Positions 29,833 through 39,281 of a DNA stretch of 64,000 nucleotides are shown here, in pieces. The DNA is taken from positions 37,565 to 101,564 of the forward strand of contig CAZWWE010000003.1 in NCBI GenBank assembly GCA_964637295.1, written 5' to 3'. Origin of the DNA: an uncultured Pseudomonadales bacterium. Lineage in GTDB: Bacteria; Patescibacteriota; Microgenomatia; UBA1400; PJMF01. Position 1 is the stretch's first letter. Each line of letters opens with the position of its first letter. The notes beneath the pieces were generated by a model. It searched no databases. It worked only from the letters and a program-made list of their open reading frames with translations, and was not told the origin of the DNA. A program made the translations under genes and the position numbers.

Positions 29833-31275
29833 ATGAAATTCAAGCAATTATTGTTTTTATTCACCCTTGTTAGTTTAGTTTTTTTGGCAGCCAAGAAAAA
29901 TCTGGTTTTTTCTGGTGAATTCACCAATGTTTCTGCTACCTTGAATAATGCTCGCTTGTCTTTTCGTGGAGCTTTGGAAGGCACCCAAACTACAGGTTCA
30001 TCTTTGGTGACCATTGATACCGGCAATTACCCTTCCGAATCGGTTTTGCAATTACAAAATCGCGATACTTTGACCATTAATGATAGCACTTACACGGTGG
30101 CCACTACGATTGATGATGCTAGTGATAATACTTTTAACTTAACTGCTGGTTTAGATGCCAGTGATATTACTAACGATGCACCCATTTACGGCAATCAAAG
30201 ATCTAGTTTGACCGTGCGCCTAAAAACCATCAGTGCTTTAAGCGCTGGTTCATTTCGCATCTTAGTGCCAGCAATTAGTAACACTGGCACGGATCACGAT
30301 GGCATTCCAGATGCGGGTGGTTTCGATTTTGGCACTGGTACCACCGCCGCCATCACTTGTCCGACTCTAGCTGCCTATGGCACTTTTACTGCTGCAAGTA
30401 CTCCAGCCCAGAGTGCAAGTGTAGTAATTGATGGAGTTAATTATCATTCTTTTGTTTGTGAATATAGCGGCTTGGGAGAAGTAGGCACCGATTTTGATGG
30501 CACCGATGCTAATCCTTTTGTGATTAGCAACTTGATTAATCCGGCTCCGAAAACTGGCACTGACAATCATACTTTGGGTCAAGCAGATACCTATACAGTA
30601 ATTATTCAACATCGCGATGCTGCCGATACGGTGATTGATCAAACTTTAACCAAAATCGGTGTAGTTGATGCAGTCAAAGTTTCAGCGCAAATTTCACCAC
30701 AAATTACCTTTACCATTGCTGGTTTGCCAGCAGCCACCAGTGCTTGTGGAGTCAGTACTAATGTTGCTACCACCGCCCTGACCGTTCCTTTTGGAGAATT
30801 GACCATTGGTTCTTTTGTGAATGCAGCCCAGCGTTTAACAGTTACTACTAACGCGATTGGCGGCTATACCGTGACCGCTGCTGAGAATGATCAGCTTGGT
30901 CGTGAAGCCAACGCTTGTGCCACTGATGGTTCTGCGAGTATTACTTGTTTGGTCGATGCTAGCGTGACTGGCGCCAGCCACACTGCTGCTGCTGATTGGA
31001 CTAATGCCTCCACCTATCCAGGTTTTGGCTACAGTTTGTCTTCGGCAGTCGGTTCACCAACTTTAGTTTTTACTTACAATGAGTCCTCACGCACTTTTTC
31101 TGCTAAGCAATTTGCTGATTTAGCTGCTGGAGAGTTGGCGCAAACTATTTTTCAACGCTCGACGGTAACTGCGAGCGATGCCGTCAATGTTTGTTACAGA
31201 ATTGCTCCAGCAGCCACCAATGCCGCTGGAAATTATGAAAACTATATCGTATATACAGCTTCGGCTACATTTTAA
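29833..31275 (+). CDS. large secreted Thr/Ala-rich surface protein, WxL/pilin-like C-terminus
   Basis: Signal peptide; VKVSAQISPQITFTI, LTVTTNAIGGY, GFGYS; ends AGNYENYIVYTASATF. Confidence 0.75.
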   Translation: MKFKQLLFLFTLVSLVFLAAKKNLVFSGEFTNVSATLNNARLSFRGALEGTQTTGSSLVTIDTGNYPSESVLQLQNRDTLTINDSTYTVATTIDDASDNTFNLTAGLDASDITNDAPIYGNQRSSLTVRLKTISALSAGSFRILVPAISNTGTDHDGIPDAGGFDFGTGTTAAITCPTLAAYGTFTAASTPAQSASVVIDGVNYHSFVCEYSGLGEVGTDFDGTDANPFVISNLINPAPKTGTDNHTLGQADTYTVIIQHRDAADTVIDQTLTKIGVVDAVKVSAQISPQITFTIAGLPAATSACGVSTNVATTALTVPFGELTIGSFVNAAQRLTVTTNAIGGYTVTAAENDQLGREANACATDGSASITCLVDASVTGASHTAAADWTNASTYPGFGYSLSSAVGSPTLVFTYNESSRTFSAKQFADLAAGELAQTIFQRSTVTASDAVNVCYRIAPAATNAAGNYENYIVYTASATF

Positions 31276-31285
31276 GGCTTAAACT

Positions 31286-32299
31286 ATGCGCAAAAACTGC
31301 CCTGTTTTTAAAATTTTTCATAAACTTAGCTTAACAATCTTGGCTTTGTTTTGTTTTTTGCAAAGCTATGGTATGGCTTTAGCTGCCACTGATTTATCTT
31401 TGACCGCTACCCCAGTGAGATTGGGAGATGATTACAGCATCAAATTGAAACCAGGTGAAAAAAAGCAAGTGCAGGTCAAAGTACGCAACGGTTCTACTGA
31501 TACTTTGGAAATTGAAAGCAAAGCATTGGATTTTGTGGTCGCAGAAGACGGCTTTTCTCCTCTTTTTGTGGACGCTAAAGAAGCTGATCCGCGTTGGAGT
31601 TTGGCTTCGTGGCTGACTTTAGTGCCCAATGAGCATAAGTTAGCCAATGAAGAAGTGGGCACAGTTAACGTTTTAATCGAAGTGCCAAAAAATGCTTTGC
31701 CAGGCGGACACTACGCGATGGTTTATCATCGTCCTCTAGCCTCGACAGCTTTAACTGAGTCTGGATCTGGTATTGCTCAGCGCGTTGGGACTCTACTATA
31801 TGTCGTAGTCGATGGTCCAATCAATGAAGAAGCTTATATTAGCAAGTTTCATTGGCCCAAATTTCTCGAAAATGGTCCGGTTAATTTTTCCTTACAAATC
31901 GATAACCAATCTGATGTCCATATTAGTCCACAGCCTATTTTAAAAATTTATAATTTATTTGGTAAAGAAGTAGCCAAGATTGATCTTGAAGCGAGAAACA
32001 TTTTCCCCAAAACACAACGCGAATTTAGTGGCACTTGGAATAAAATTTGGGGACTAGGTTATTATAAGGCTATAGTTGAGGCTAGCTACGGTAGTGAGGG
32101 TCGCATGTTAAGCGCGGCAGCTGGTTTATATTTAGTGCCAGTCAAATTAATTCTCTTGATTTTAATCATTATTTTGTTAGGTATTATTTTGACTTTAACG
32201 ATCAAAAAACGTCGCCAGCATCAAGACACTGCTGCTAAATCTGATCTTGATTTAGAAACTCAGCATGAAGAAACTGATGATGGAGCAGCAAAAAATTAA
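31286..32299 (+). CDS. DUF916-like (WxL-interacting/chaperone-like) protein with C-terminal membrane anchor
   Basis: LKPGEKKQVQVKVRN, LASWL, VPKNALPGGHYA, NQSDVHISP, NIFPKTQR; TM followed by KKRR. Confidence 0.75.
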   Translation: MRKNCPVFKIFHKLSLTILALFCFLQSYGMALAATDLSLTATPVRLGDDYSIKLKPGEKKQVQVKVRNGSTDTLEIESKALDFVVAEDGFSPLFVDAKEADPRWSLASWLTLVPNEHKLANEEVGTVNVLIEVPKNALPGGHYAMVYHRPLASTALTESGSGIAQRVGTLLYVVVDGPINEEAYISKFHWPKFLENGPVNFSLQIDNQSDVHISPQPILKIYNLFGKEVAKIDLEARNIFPKTQREFSGTWNKIWGLGYYKAIVEASYGSEGRMLSAAAGLYLVPVKLILLILIIILLGIILTLTIKKRRQHQDTAAKSDLDLETQHEETDDGAAKN

Positions 32300-34295
32300 A
32301 CCCTTTTTAGCTTGGGTTTTGGGCTTACTAGCTTTTTTATCGCTATCTGTCTGCGCCCGAGCACAAGACGTGAGCGTTAGTGCCTTAGTCCCGGATAGTC
32401 AACCCCCGACAGTGCCAATTTTAATTTCTCCAGAGGACGGAGCCATTATTAGTGATAACACACCAGCTTTTAAGTGGTATGCATCTAGCGATAACAATGG
32501 TTTATCTCATTATGCTTTATATTTAAACAATAATTTACTCTATGACCAAATTCCTTTAAGTGCGGTAGAAAATAGCAATTACAAATTAGAATTTGACCAT
32601 CTGAATGGTTTTTATACGTTGACCGTTAAAAAAAGTTTAAGCGACCGCACTTATCAGTGGAAAATAGTAGCTGTTGATTATGCAAACTTGAAAGCCAGCT
32701 CAGATATTTGGGATTTTACCATTGACACTTTAGCGCCCAATTTTACTTTGAGCCAAATTGGTGATACCGCAGTCCGTATCTCAGCCAGCGAAGTTGGCTC
32801 AGTTCCTACTGAGCCAATATTGATCTTTAAAAATGACGCTACTGCCAACGAACCCATTCTTAAGGCCAGCGGCGAAGCTTATAGTCAGGTCAAATTAACT
32901 GTGACCATTCCCAATGATTTAACTCAAGTTTTTAATACTCAAATTGATAAAAATGGAGTTTACGAAATTAAACTAGGCATTTTGCCTCGAGATGTTGATA
33001 TTAGATTGGATTTTATTATTACTGATCGCGTCAATCATGTGAGTGTTTTGGAAAAAGTATATTTTCGTATTGCCCTACAATATTGGCCAACAGCCGCCTC
33101 TCCCACTCAGGGATCGCCCACTCCGGACTTTAGCGTGACTCCTTCAGTTAGCTTGTCTATCAAGCCTTCTATTAGCGCCAGCCCTAGTTCTTCTTTGAGT
33201 CCAACACCAAGTTTGTCAGTTACTCCAAGCTTGCAACCTAGCGGTTTTGTCCCAATTTTGCCACCCAAAGAAATGGTTCATGAGTTGAGCGATGAATTAA
33301 TTGAATTTTTACCAAGTGACGCTGCCTGGCAAGTGAAAAATTTTTTGCGTTCTCAAGCTTGGCTAAATTTAGCCCCTAATCTATTTTTATTGTTTTTTGT
33401 ATTTGCTTACTTTTTGGCCTTTGTTGGTTTGCTAAGCAAATTTTGGCATTTTTTATCTTGGAAATTATGCCGCAAACTAGTCTTATTAATGTTGCCATTT
33501 TTACCAAAAGCTAAAAAAAATTTAGTTTTTGAATACAGTCAAACTACGGCTAGTCCGTTAAGCATAGTGAGCTTACTTGACGATCGGGGGCAGGAAGTGG
33601 ATTTTACCTTGACCAACTTGCAAGGCAATTTTGATGATTTTAAGCTTTTGCCGAAGCAATGGAGCTTGCGGGTTAAAGATCCTAATTTTTATTTTCCTAT
33701 CGGTGAAACTAAGCCTGAGCAATTAGCTTTTTGGCAATTCTATCAAGGACAAATTTTTGATCAACAGAATTATTGCGGCCAAGCCATTCTTCTGCCTACC
33801 CTGCGTGCTGCTGGTCAAAAGCACCTGCCTTTTTGGGAGAACTGTCGCATTTTGATTTTGTATTTATTGGAATATCCGTGGTGGTTTTTAAGTACATTAT
33901 TGGTTTTGAATTTGCTTTTTACCCTGCGCTATCCAAGTTTGGCAAATTATTTGATTTTGGGTTTTTATATTTTAGTGGCCATGAGTAAAATTGTGACCCT
34001 CAAAAAGTTTGCTAAAAAACTGTCAATTACCCTGACTATTGATGCGCAAACTAATTTTAATGACAATTTAATTGTTTCTTTGAGTCAAGCCAATTACCAA
34101 TCTGCCCAATCTGTGGTTTTGCCTTTTAACTTTGCCAAATCTAAAGAAATTAAACACTCATTAACACAAGGTCAAATTGTAGTTTTTGCCAAAAATCTGG
34201 CTTTAGTGCATGAACAAAAAATTGTTGCCATGCAACAATTTGTCTGCAATCAAGCGCAGACTTCGCTGCCTCTTATTTTAAAAAAAGTTAAATAA
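32265..34295 (+). CDS. Ig-like/fibronectin-like surface protein with Ser/Pro linker and several TM segments
   Basis: PTVPILISP, PAFKW, YQWKIVAVD..N, FTIDT; SPSSSLSPTPS linker; hydrophobic segments after about aa 370. Confidence 0.75.
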   Translation: MKKLMMEQQKIKPFLAWVLGLLAFLSLSVCARAQDVSVSALVPDSQPPTVPILISPEDGAIISDNTPAFKWYASSDNNGLSHYALYLNNNLLYDQIPLSAVENSNYKLEFDHLNGFYTLTVKKSLSDRTYQWKIVAVDYANLKASSDIWDFTIDTLAPNFTLSQIGDTAVRISASEVGSVPTEPILIFKNDATANEPILKASGEAYSQVKLTVTIPNDLTQVFNTQIDKNGVYEIKLGILPRDVDIRLDFIITDRVNHVSVLEKVYFRIALQYWPTAASPTQGSPTPDFSVTPSVSLSIKPSISASPSSSLSPTPSLSVTPSLQPSGFVPILPPKEMVHELSDELIEFLPSDAAWQVKNFLRSQAWLNLAPNLFLLFFVFAYFLAFVGLLSKFWHFLSWKLCRKLVLLMLPFLPKAKKNLVFEYSQTTASPLSIVSLLDDRGQEVDFTLTNLQGNFDDFKLLPKQWSLRVKDPNFYFPIGETKPEQLAFWQFYQGQIFDQQNYCGQAILLPTLRAAGQKHLPFWENCRILILYLLEYPWWFLSTLLVLNLLFTLRYPSLANYLILGFYILVAMSKIVTLKKFAKKLSITLTIDAQTNFNDNLIVSLSQANYQSAQSVVLPFNFAKSKEIKHSLTQGQIVVFAKNLALVHEQKIVAMQQFVCNQAQTSLPLILKKVK

Positions 34296-34334
34296 AATAC
34301 TTTTTAATCAAACACAATGTTGTAAAATTGCTCT

Positions 34335-35615
34335 ATGTCTAACTCCGTTTTGCAACAGCTGCATTTTTTGATGGTGGGTTTTAATGCCAAAAAAATTCAA
34401 GTTGAATCAGCTCAGCAACTTGGTCTTAAAGTCAGCTTACTAATTTCTCGAGCCAAATATGAACCAGCATTCGAAGCAATGTTTCAGCAGGTTGTAGTGG
34501 TGGATGACATCTATAACTGGCCGCTAGTTGAAAAAGCTCTTCACCAATTTACAAAAATTGATGTGGTTTTGACTAGATCTGAAGACCATATTAATGTAGT
34601 GGGAGCGATCAACCAGCATTTACATTTGGCAGGCATAGATTATCAAACTGCGCGTAATTTTTGCAATAAATACTTGATGAAAGAAAAATGGCTAGCCGCA
34701 GGTGTGCCCTGCGCTCGAGGCATCTGTTTAGATGACCATCAAGATCTTGATTTATTTTTGCAGCAGCATCAATTTCCTTTGATGTTGAAAAAAACTTCCG
34801 CAGCTCATTCAAATTTCGTCATACGAGTGACTTCTCTGGCAGATTTATTGGATAAATGGCAATATTTAAAAAACAATGTTCAAGACGAAGTGGTTTCTAA
34901 AACTATGGCTGGTTTCAAGCAAACAAAACGGGCTTGCCAATTTGTTTTAGAAGAGACGCTGTCTGGTCGCGAATTAACGGTGGATACTTTTGTGCTTAAT
35001 GATCGTTATTTACACACGCCGATTTGCGAGTACGTCATGGCTGATGAGCTAAATGTTGAAGATACTTATTTGCCAATTAGGACGATGCCGATTGTTTTAA
35101 CTCAGGCACAAAGCGATTTGGTTTATCAAGTGGTGGAAAAAGCCTTGAGAGCTTTGGGAGCCAAAAATTGTGTGTGTCACACTGAGGTTTTTTTTGATGA
35201 ACAGAAAAATTATTGTGCAGTCATCGAAACTACAGCCAGAGGTGGTGGTAATCGCGCAGAGATGACTCTGGCAACTACTGGCTTTGATTACAGTTTAGCC
35301 GTTTTTCAAGTTGCTGCTGGCCTTGAGCCCCCATCAATACCCGCCCCACAAAGGGCCATTTCCGTAGTCGAATATTTTGCCAAGCAAAAAGGTTATTTCC
35401 AAGATTTGAACCTAGATTTTTTAAGCCAAAATCCTGCGGTGACCAATATTCAACTCAAATATAAACCTGGTCAATTAGTTGAAAAAGCTAAGTTTGGGGG
35501 AAAACCCATTATTAGTTTTTTTGTCAAGAAAAATACAGCCTTAGAAAGTCAAGCTTTGGCCAAAGAATTATTTAAAAAAATTCAAACTACAATAAAAATC
35601 GATTATCTTGAATGA
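34335..35615 (+). CDS. ATP-grasp domain protein (L-amino-acid/carboxylate-amine ligase-like)
   Basis: NKYLMK...AGVP, FPLMLK, VLEETLSGRELTVD, CHTE, IETTARGGG. Confidence 0.85.
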   Translation: MSNSVLQQLHFLMVGFNAKKIQVESAQQLGLKVSLLISRAKYEPAFEAMFQQVVVVDDIYNWPLVEKALHQFTKIDVVLTRSEDHINVVGAINQHLHLAGIDYQTARNFCNKYLMKEKWLAAGVPCARGICLDDHQDLDLFLQQHQFPLMLKKTSAAHSNFVIRVTSLADLLDKWQYLKNNVQDEVVSKTMAGFKQTKRACQFVLEETLSGRELTVDTFVLNDRYLHTPICEYVMADELNVEDTYLPIRTMPIVLTQAQSDLVYQVVEKALRALGAKNCVCHTEVFFDEQKNYCAVIETTARGGGNRAEMTLATTGFDYSLAVFQVAAGLEPPSIPAPQRAISVVEYFAKQKGYFQDLNLDFLSQNPAVTNIQLKYKPGQLVEKAKFGGKPIISFFVKKNTALESQALAKELFKKIQTTIKIDYLE

Positions 35616-36576
35616 TTTTTCGTACTTTACTTTTGTATAAATCAGGATCGGCAGTAAAAATTTTGGGTAAAAGAATTGGCTGGACAATGGCCAGCTTTTC
35701 AACTTTTTTGATATCTTGAACGGCAATTTTACCAAAGTAAAGTTTACTCGGATCAGCATCATTTTTTTGTAAATATTTTAAAATCTCGATAAAGCCTTCA
35801 AAGTAAACTAAATCTTTGCTAAAAGCTCCTTTTTGGCTAGTATCGGTCAAGCCTCTCTTTTTCTTCACCGTCCACCCCCAAGCCTTATTGGGATCTAGCC
35901 AAGCTCGCCAAAGAAAATTGAAAGTGCTCTGAAAATCTTTTCGCCAAGCCACATCATTGGCCAAATAATTGATGGCGCTTTTATAAGCGATACTTTGTTC
36001 TTTGGCGATCATCTCGTGAATAATGGCTAGTCCTTCTTCAGTACGCAGATGATTGTTTAAACCATAGCTTTTCTTTTTTTTATACCAGATTTGCTGTTCA
36101 TAATTATGTTGTCGCAATAAATGAGTATCTATTTCATGTGCCAAGATCCCGAGCATCTCTTCTTGAGTAATTTTGATCGGTAGAGCAATTTTAATTTCCC
36201 TATTTTTTAAATGAACGGCGCAGCGACTGACAAAGTTTGTTGAGAAGATGAGTCTATATTTATTTTCTAAGCCATATTGTTGCAAATGTTTGTCAAAGTA
36301 AGCACTTACCTCCTGCTGACTCAAATATCGAGTAGTGTTTTGAGTTTGTCTAATTTGTTTTTGCCAAGCTGCCTGATATTTTTTAAAAATATAATAAGCC
36401 TTGATTAAATAAGTCAAGCGAGGCTTGCCGTAGGCTAAAAGCTCATTTTTTGCAATTGGTCGCTGATAAACAAATTGTGGATTATATTTGTAATTGGCGG
36501 CAAAAAACTTAGCTTTTTCACTGGCTAAATTAAGAGGCACGAGTTCACTCAGTTTTAACATATGCTTGTCATTCAT
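35587..36576 (-). CDS. DUF1704/MATCAP-like zinc carboxypeptidase
   Basis: YNPQFVY, AHEIDTH (HExxxH), TEEGLA, KKRGLTDTS..GAFSKDLVYFEG, LYFGKI. Confidence 0.88.
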   Translation of the reverse strand: MNDKHMLKLSELVPLNLASEKAKFFAANYKYNPQFVYQRPIAKNELLAYGKPRLTYLIKAYYIFKKYQAAWQKQIRQTQNTTRYLSQQEVSAYFDKHLQQYGLENKYRLIFSTNFVSRCAVHLKNREIKIALPIKITQEEMLGILAHEIDTHLLRQHNYEQQIWYKKKKSYGLNNHLRTEEGLAIIHEMIAKEQSIAYKSAINYLANDVAWRKDFQSTFNFLWRAWLDPNKAWGWTVKKKRGLTDTSQKGAFSKDLVYFEGFIEILKYLQKNDADPSKLYFGKIAVQDIKKVEKLAIVQPILLPKIFTADPDLYKSKVRKIIQDNRFLL

Positions 36577-37855
36577 CGAAACGAATGATGAAGTTTTTTA
36601 AGTCTTTGCGGCCAATTTCAATTTTATTTGTTTTGCTATTGAGTTTATTACTCACAATCATGGTGGTTTTAACCAACTGCTCTTTCATTTTAAATTTCAC
36701 CTCCACAACTGGGACTTTACCTTCTTCTTTTTCTGCCTGAAACCACAGCAAATCGTCCACATCAATCAAACCTAATTCTTGAGCCAATTGTTTGGCGATG
36801 GCACTACTAAAGCGACCGGTATTTAAAAAAGCCACGGTTTCCAATTTGCGTTTTTGCTCTCCCCAAATCAACACAGTTTCGTGTAAATTCACAATAGGAA
36901 ATTCAGCCTTATTTTTAATTTTAGAGGCAAAGTCGCTGGCAAATAAAGCTTGGGCGACTTTCACTCCGTGTTTTGGGTTTTGAATATTGAGATCCTCGAC
37001 TCGCTCTAGTCGGCGACGCAAGCCAGCGCGATTAGCAGCTTGGATTGATAGGCCCGGAGCAGCATTGAGCTCCACCACCATTGGGCCCTTGTCTTTATGG
37101 ATAAATAAATCAACCCCAGCAAAATTTAATTCAGCGGCATTACTGGCAGCCACTGCAGTTTCTAAGATGCGGTTCCATTCAGGAATGAGAATGCCGTTGA
37201 GTTTCTTCTTGGTACCAGGCAAATAGTTGATGGGTTCACTTTTGTGTGCCACTGCGTAAGTAGTGATCCCACTAGCAATATCAATCCCAACCGCCAATGC
37301 TCCTTGAGTCACATTGGCTCGACCACCCGATTCTTCAGTGGGTAAACGCAACATTGCCATGACCGGCACGCTATTAAAAACTACCACGCGGATATCAGGT
37401 GTGCCTTTATAAGAATATTTTAATAATTTGGGATGAATTGGCACTCTTTCTTCAATAATGACATTGTGATTGAGACCATGAATGCTGTATTGTCCAGATA
37501 AAATATCATCACAATGCAGTTTAATATCTGCTAAACTCCATTTGTTGCCTAGCATGTCTTGCCAAGTATCGGGATCAATTTTTTCCCGAAAAGCCACTAC
37601 TCCAGTGCCAGCGTAGCCATTGGTGGGTTTGATCACAAAATTTTTTTCCAAACTTTGCCAGTTAAAATCCATGATGTCTTCATTAGTGGCTAAAACACCA
37701 TAGATTTCTGCGGTGGCAATTTGATAATCTTTGAGTAAAATTTTGGTGGCGTATTTAGAGTGAACGATGGCCTTGGCTTTATTTGAACTACGACTCAAGT
37801 ACAAAGAATTACGTGCATTAATTCCCAAAAGATCTTTGGCTTTGCTCACAAACAT
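36569..37855 (-). CDS. RimK-related ATP-grasp ligase (alpha-L-glutamate ligase-like) fused to a retropepsin-like C-terminal domain
   Basis: LGINARN, FVIKP..GYAGTG, GTPDIRV, AMLRLPT..SGGRAN..QG, GVD, ELNAAPGL.IQ.AN; C-terminal FLNTG...IGRKDL. Confidence 0.9.
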   Translation of the reverse strand: MFVSKAKDLLGINARNSLYLSRSSNKAKAIVHSKYATKILLKDYQIATAEIYGVLATNEDIMDFNWQSLEKNFVIKPTNGYAGTGVVAFREKIDPDTWQDMLGNKWSLADIKLHCDDILSGQYSIHGLNHNVIIEERVPIHPKLLKYSYKGTPDIRVVVFNSVPVMAMLRLPTEESGGRANVTQGALAVGIDIASGITTYAVAHKSEPINYLPGTKKKLNGILIPEWNRILETAVAASNAAELNFAGVDLFIHKDKGPMVVELNAAPGLSIQAANRAGLRRRLERVEDLNIQNPKHGVKVAQALFASDFASKIKNKAEFPIVNLHETVLIWGEQKRKLETVAFLNTGRFSSAIAKQLAQELGLIDVDDLLWFQAEKEEGKVPVVEVKFKMKEQLVKTTMIVSNKLNSKTNKIEIGRKDLKNFIIRFDE

Positions 37856-37860
37856 ATGCC

Positions 37861-38880
37861 CTATTCCTCTTCTTGCGAATTTTTATCTTCAACGCCATTT
37901 TTAAATTGATGATTAGCATTGAGCAGATCTTTAAATCTCAGATATTCTAAAAATCTAAGCCCAGTATATTTGCCAATCGCTAGGTTAATCAGGGCGACGC
38001 CCAAAAGAGTTAGCTCTGGTCTTAAAATAACAAATTTTTGAATTGATTCTGAGCCAATTAGCAAAGAACATAAAACGGCAATTAATAGAGTCTCAAAAGT
38101 GATTTGCAAAGCTTCTTTTTGACTATTAAAAAGTTGAGTTTCCATGAAGTTTTCTGTCAATAAAATAATGATTAACAAAGGGAAAATGCTAATATCAATC
38201 ACTAAGTCAAGATTATAAATTGAACCGAGTAATAACAAGGCCAAAATGGCCACTGAAACACTCATCAATAACATGGCTGTTCTAGGTAGAATTGGTAATC
38301 TGAATTTTTTTAGAATTGGACGAGTAAAGAGAGCAGTCATTAAAACCACTAAAAAGACCAAAATACCAGGCAAGATCCCAGTGGAAACAAAAGCCACTGA
38401 TAACACCGCTGGAATATAAATACCAAAACCTTTCAAGCCAATGACGTGGCGGGAGAAAGCCACTAAAGAAGCAATAATTGGAAAAAGCAATAAAATCACA
38501 ATAATATTGGCTGGCATACCGCTAGCAATTGATTTGCGAATCGCTTTTTGTAAAAAATTATGCCAACTAAGTTTGCCAATGGCATGTTCGTCTAAATATG
38601 CTGCAAGAACACTTTTCTTTTGGCCACTAGTTTCAGTGATATCTTGATCAGTTTTTTGTTGTAATTTTTCTACGACTTCTGCTGAAGGCGAAGATAATTT
38701 GGCACTGTCTGTGCTTTCCAAAGCACTACTACTGGCTTCATTTTCCGCCAAGATGCTAGTAGGTTTTACAGTAGTTGGCAGGGCACTTTTTTGCACTTGA
38801 GCCCAGCTGGGTGTGCTACTGAGCTGACCCATGAATAAACATGTAAACAAAACGACAAGTGGGGTGGCAATAATTTTCAT
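37861..38880 (-). CDS. 7TM protein of the inactive-transglutaminase-associated (7TM_transglut) family
   Basis: LLFPI...RHVIGLKGFGIYIP, LPR, IFPLLI, GKYTGLRFLEYLRF. Confidence 0.88.
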   Translation of the reverse strand: MKIIATPLVVLFTCLFMGQLSSTPSWAQVQKSALPTTVKPTSILAENEASSSALESTDSAKLSSPSAEVVEKLQQKTDQDITETSGQKKSVLAAYLDEHAIGKLSWHNFLQKAIRKSIASGMPANIIVILLLFPIIASLVAFSRHVIGLKGFGIYIPAVLSVAFVSTGILPGILVFLVVLMTALFTRPILKKFRLPILPRTAMLLMSVSVAILALLLLGSIYNLDLVIDISIFPLLIIILLTENFMETQLFNSQKEALQITFETLLIAVLCSLLIGSESIQKFVILRPELTLLGVALINLAIGKYTGLRFLEYLRFKDLLNANHQFKNGVEDKNSQEEE

Positions 38881-38914
38881 GATTTTTAATTATAGCATTT
38901 TGTGCGGAACAATT

Positions 38915-39277
38915 TTACAAAACAAGTGCAAACAAACCCTGTACAAAGCCAATCAAAGCAGAGGCAAAAAGTAAGGAAAAGAATTGATTTAAGTGAAGAC
39001 CAAAAATCACTACGTTGCTGATCACAAAACCGGGCACAAAATAAGTAGCTAAATACAGAATAAAAACATTAATCACTAAAGAAAACAAGCCCAAAGTGAC
39101 CACGTTGATGGGCAAAAATAAAATTTTTAAGATTGGTCGCATAATTTTCTCGAGCAAAGTTAAAACTAGACCAGCAATGATCAGTGTAGCAGAGCTGTTG
39201 TAGCGAATATTGGGAAAAAACCAAGCTAAAAGAGCGATGGTTAAGATGGAACTAATCACTGCTTTAATAAATTTCAT
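38915..39277 (-). CDS. 4-TMS holin-family (YvlD/DUF360-like) membrane protein
   Basis: RPILKILFLPINVVTLGLFSLVIN...VPGF; start at MKFIKAV. Confidence 0.85.
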   Translation of the reverse strand: MKFIKAVISSILTIALLAWFFPNIRYNSSATLIIAGLVLTLLEKIMRPILKILFLPINVVTLGLFSLVINVFILYLATYFVPGFVISNVVIFGLHLNQFFSLLFASALIGFVQGLFALVL

Positions 39278-39281
39278 AAGT

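Noticed and set aside
38915-39277. Holin-family gene as evidence of a prophage
   Set aside because: This 4-TMS family is commonly chromosomal near uvr genes, and no phage genes are present.
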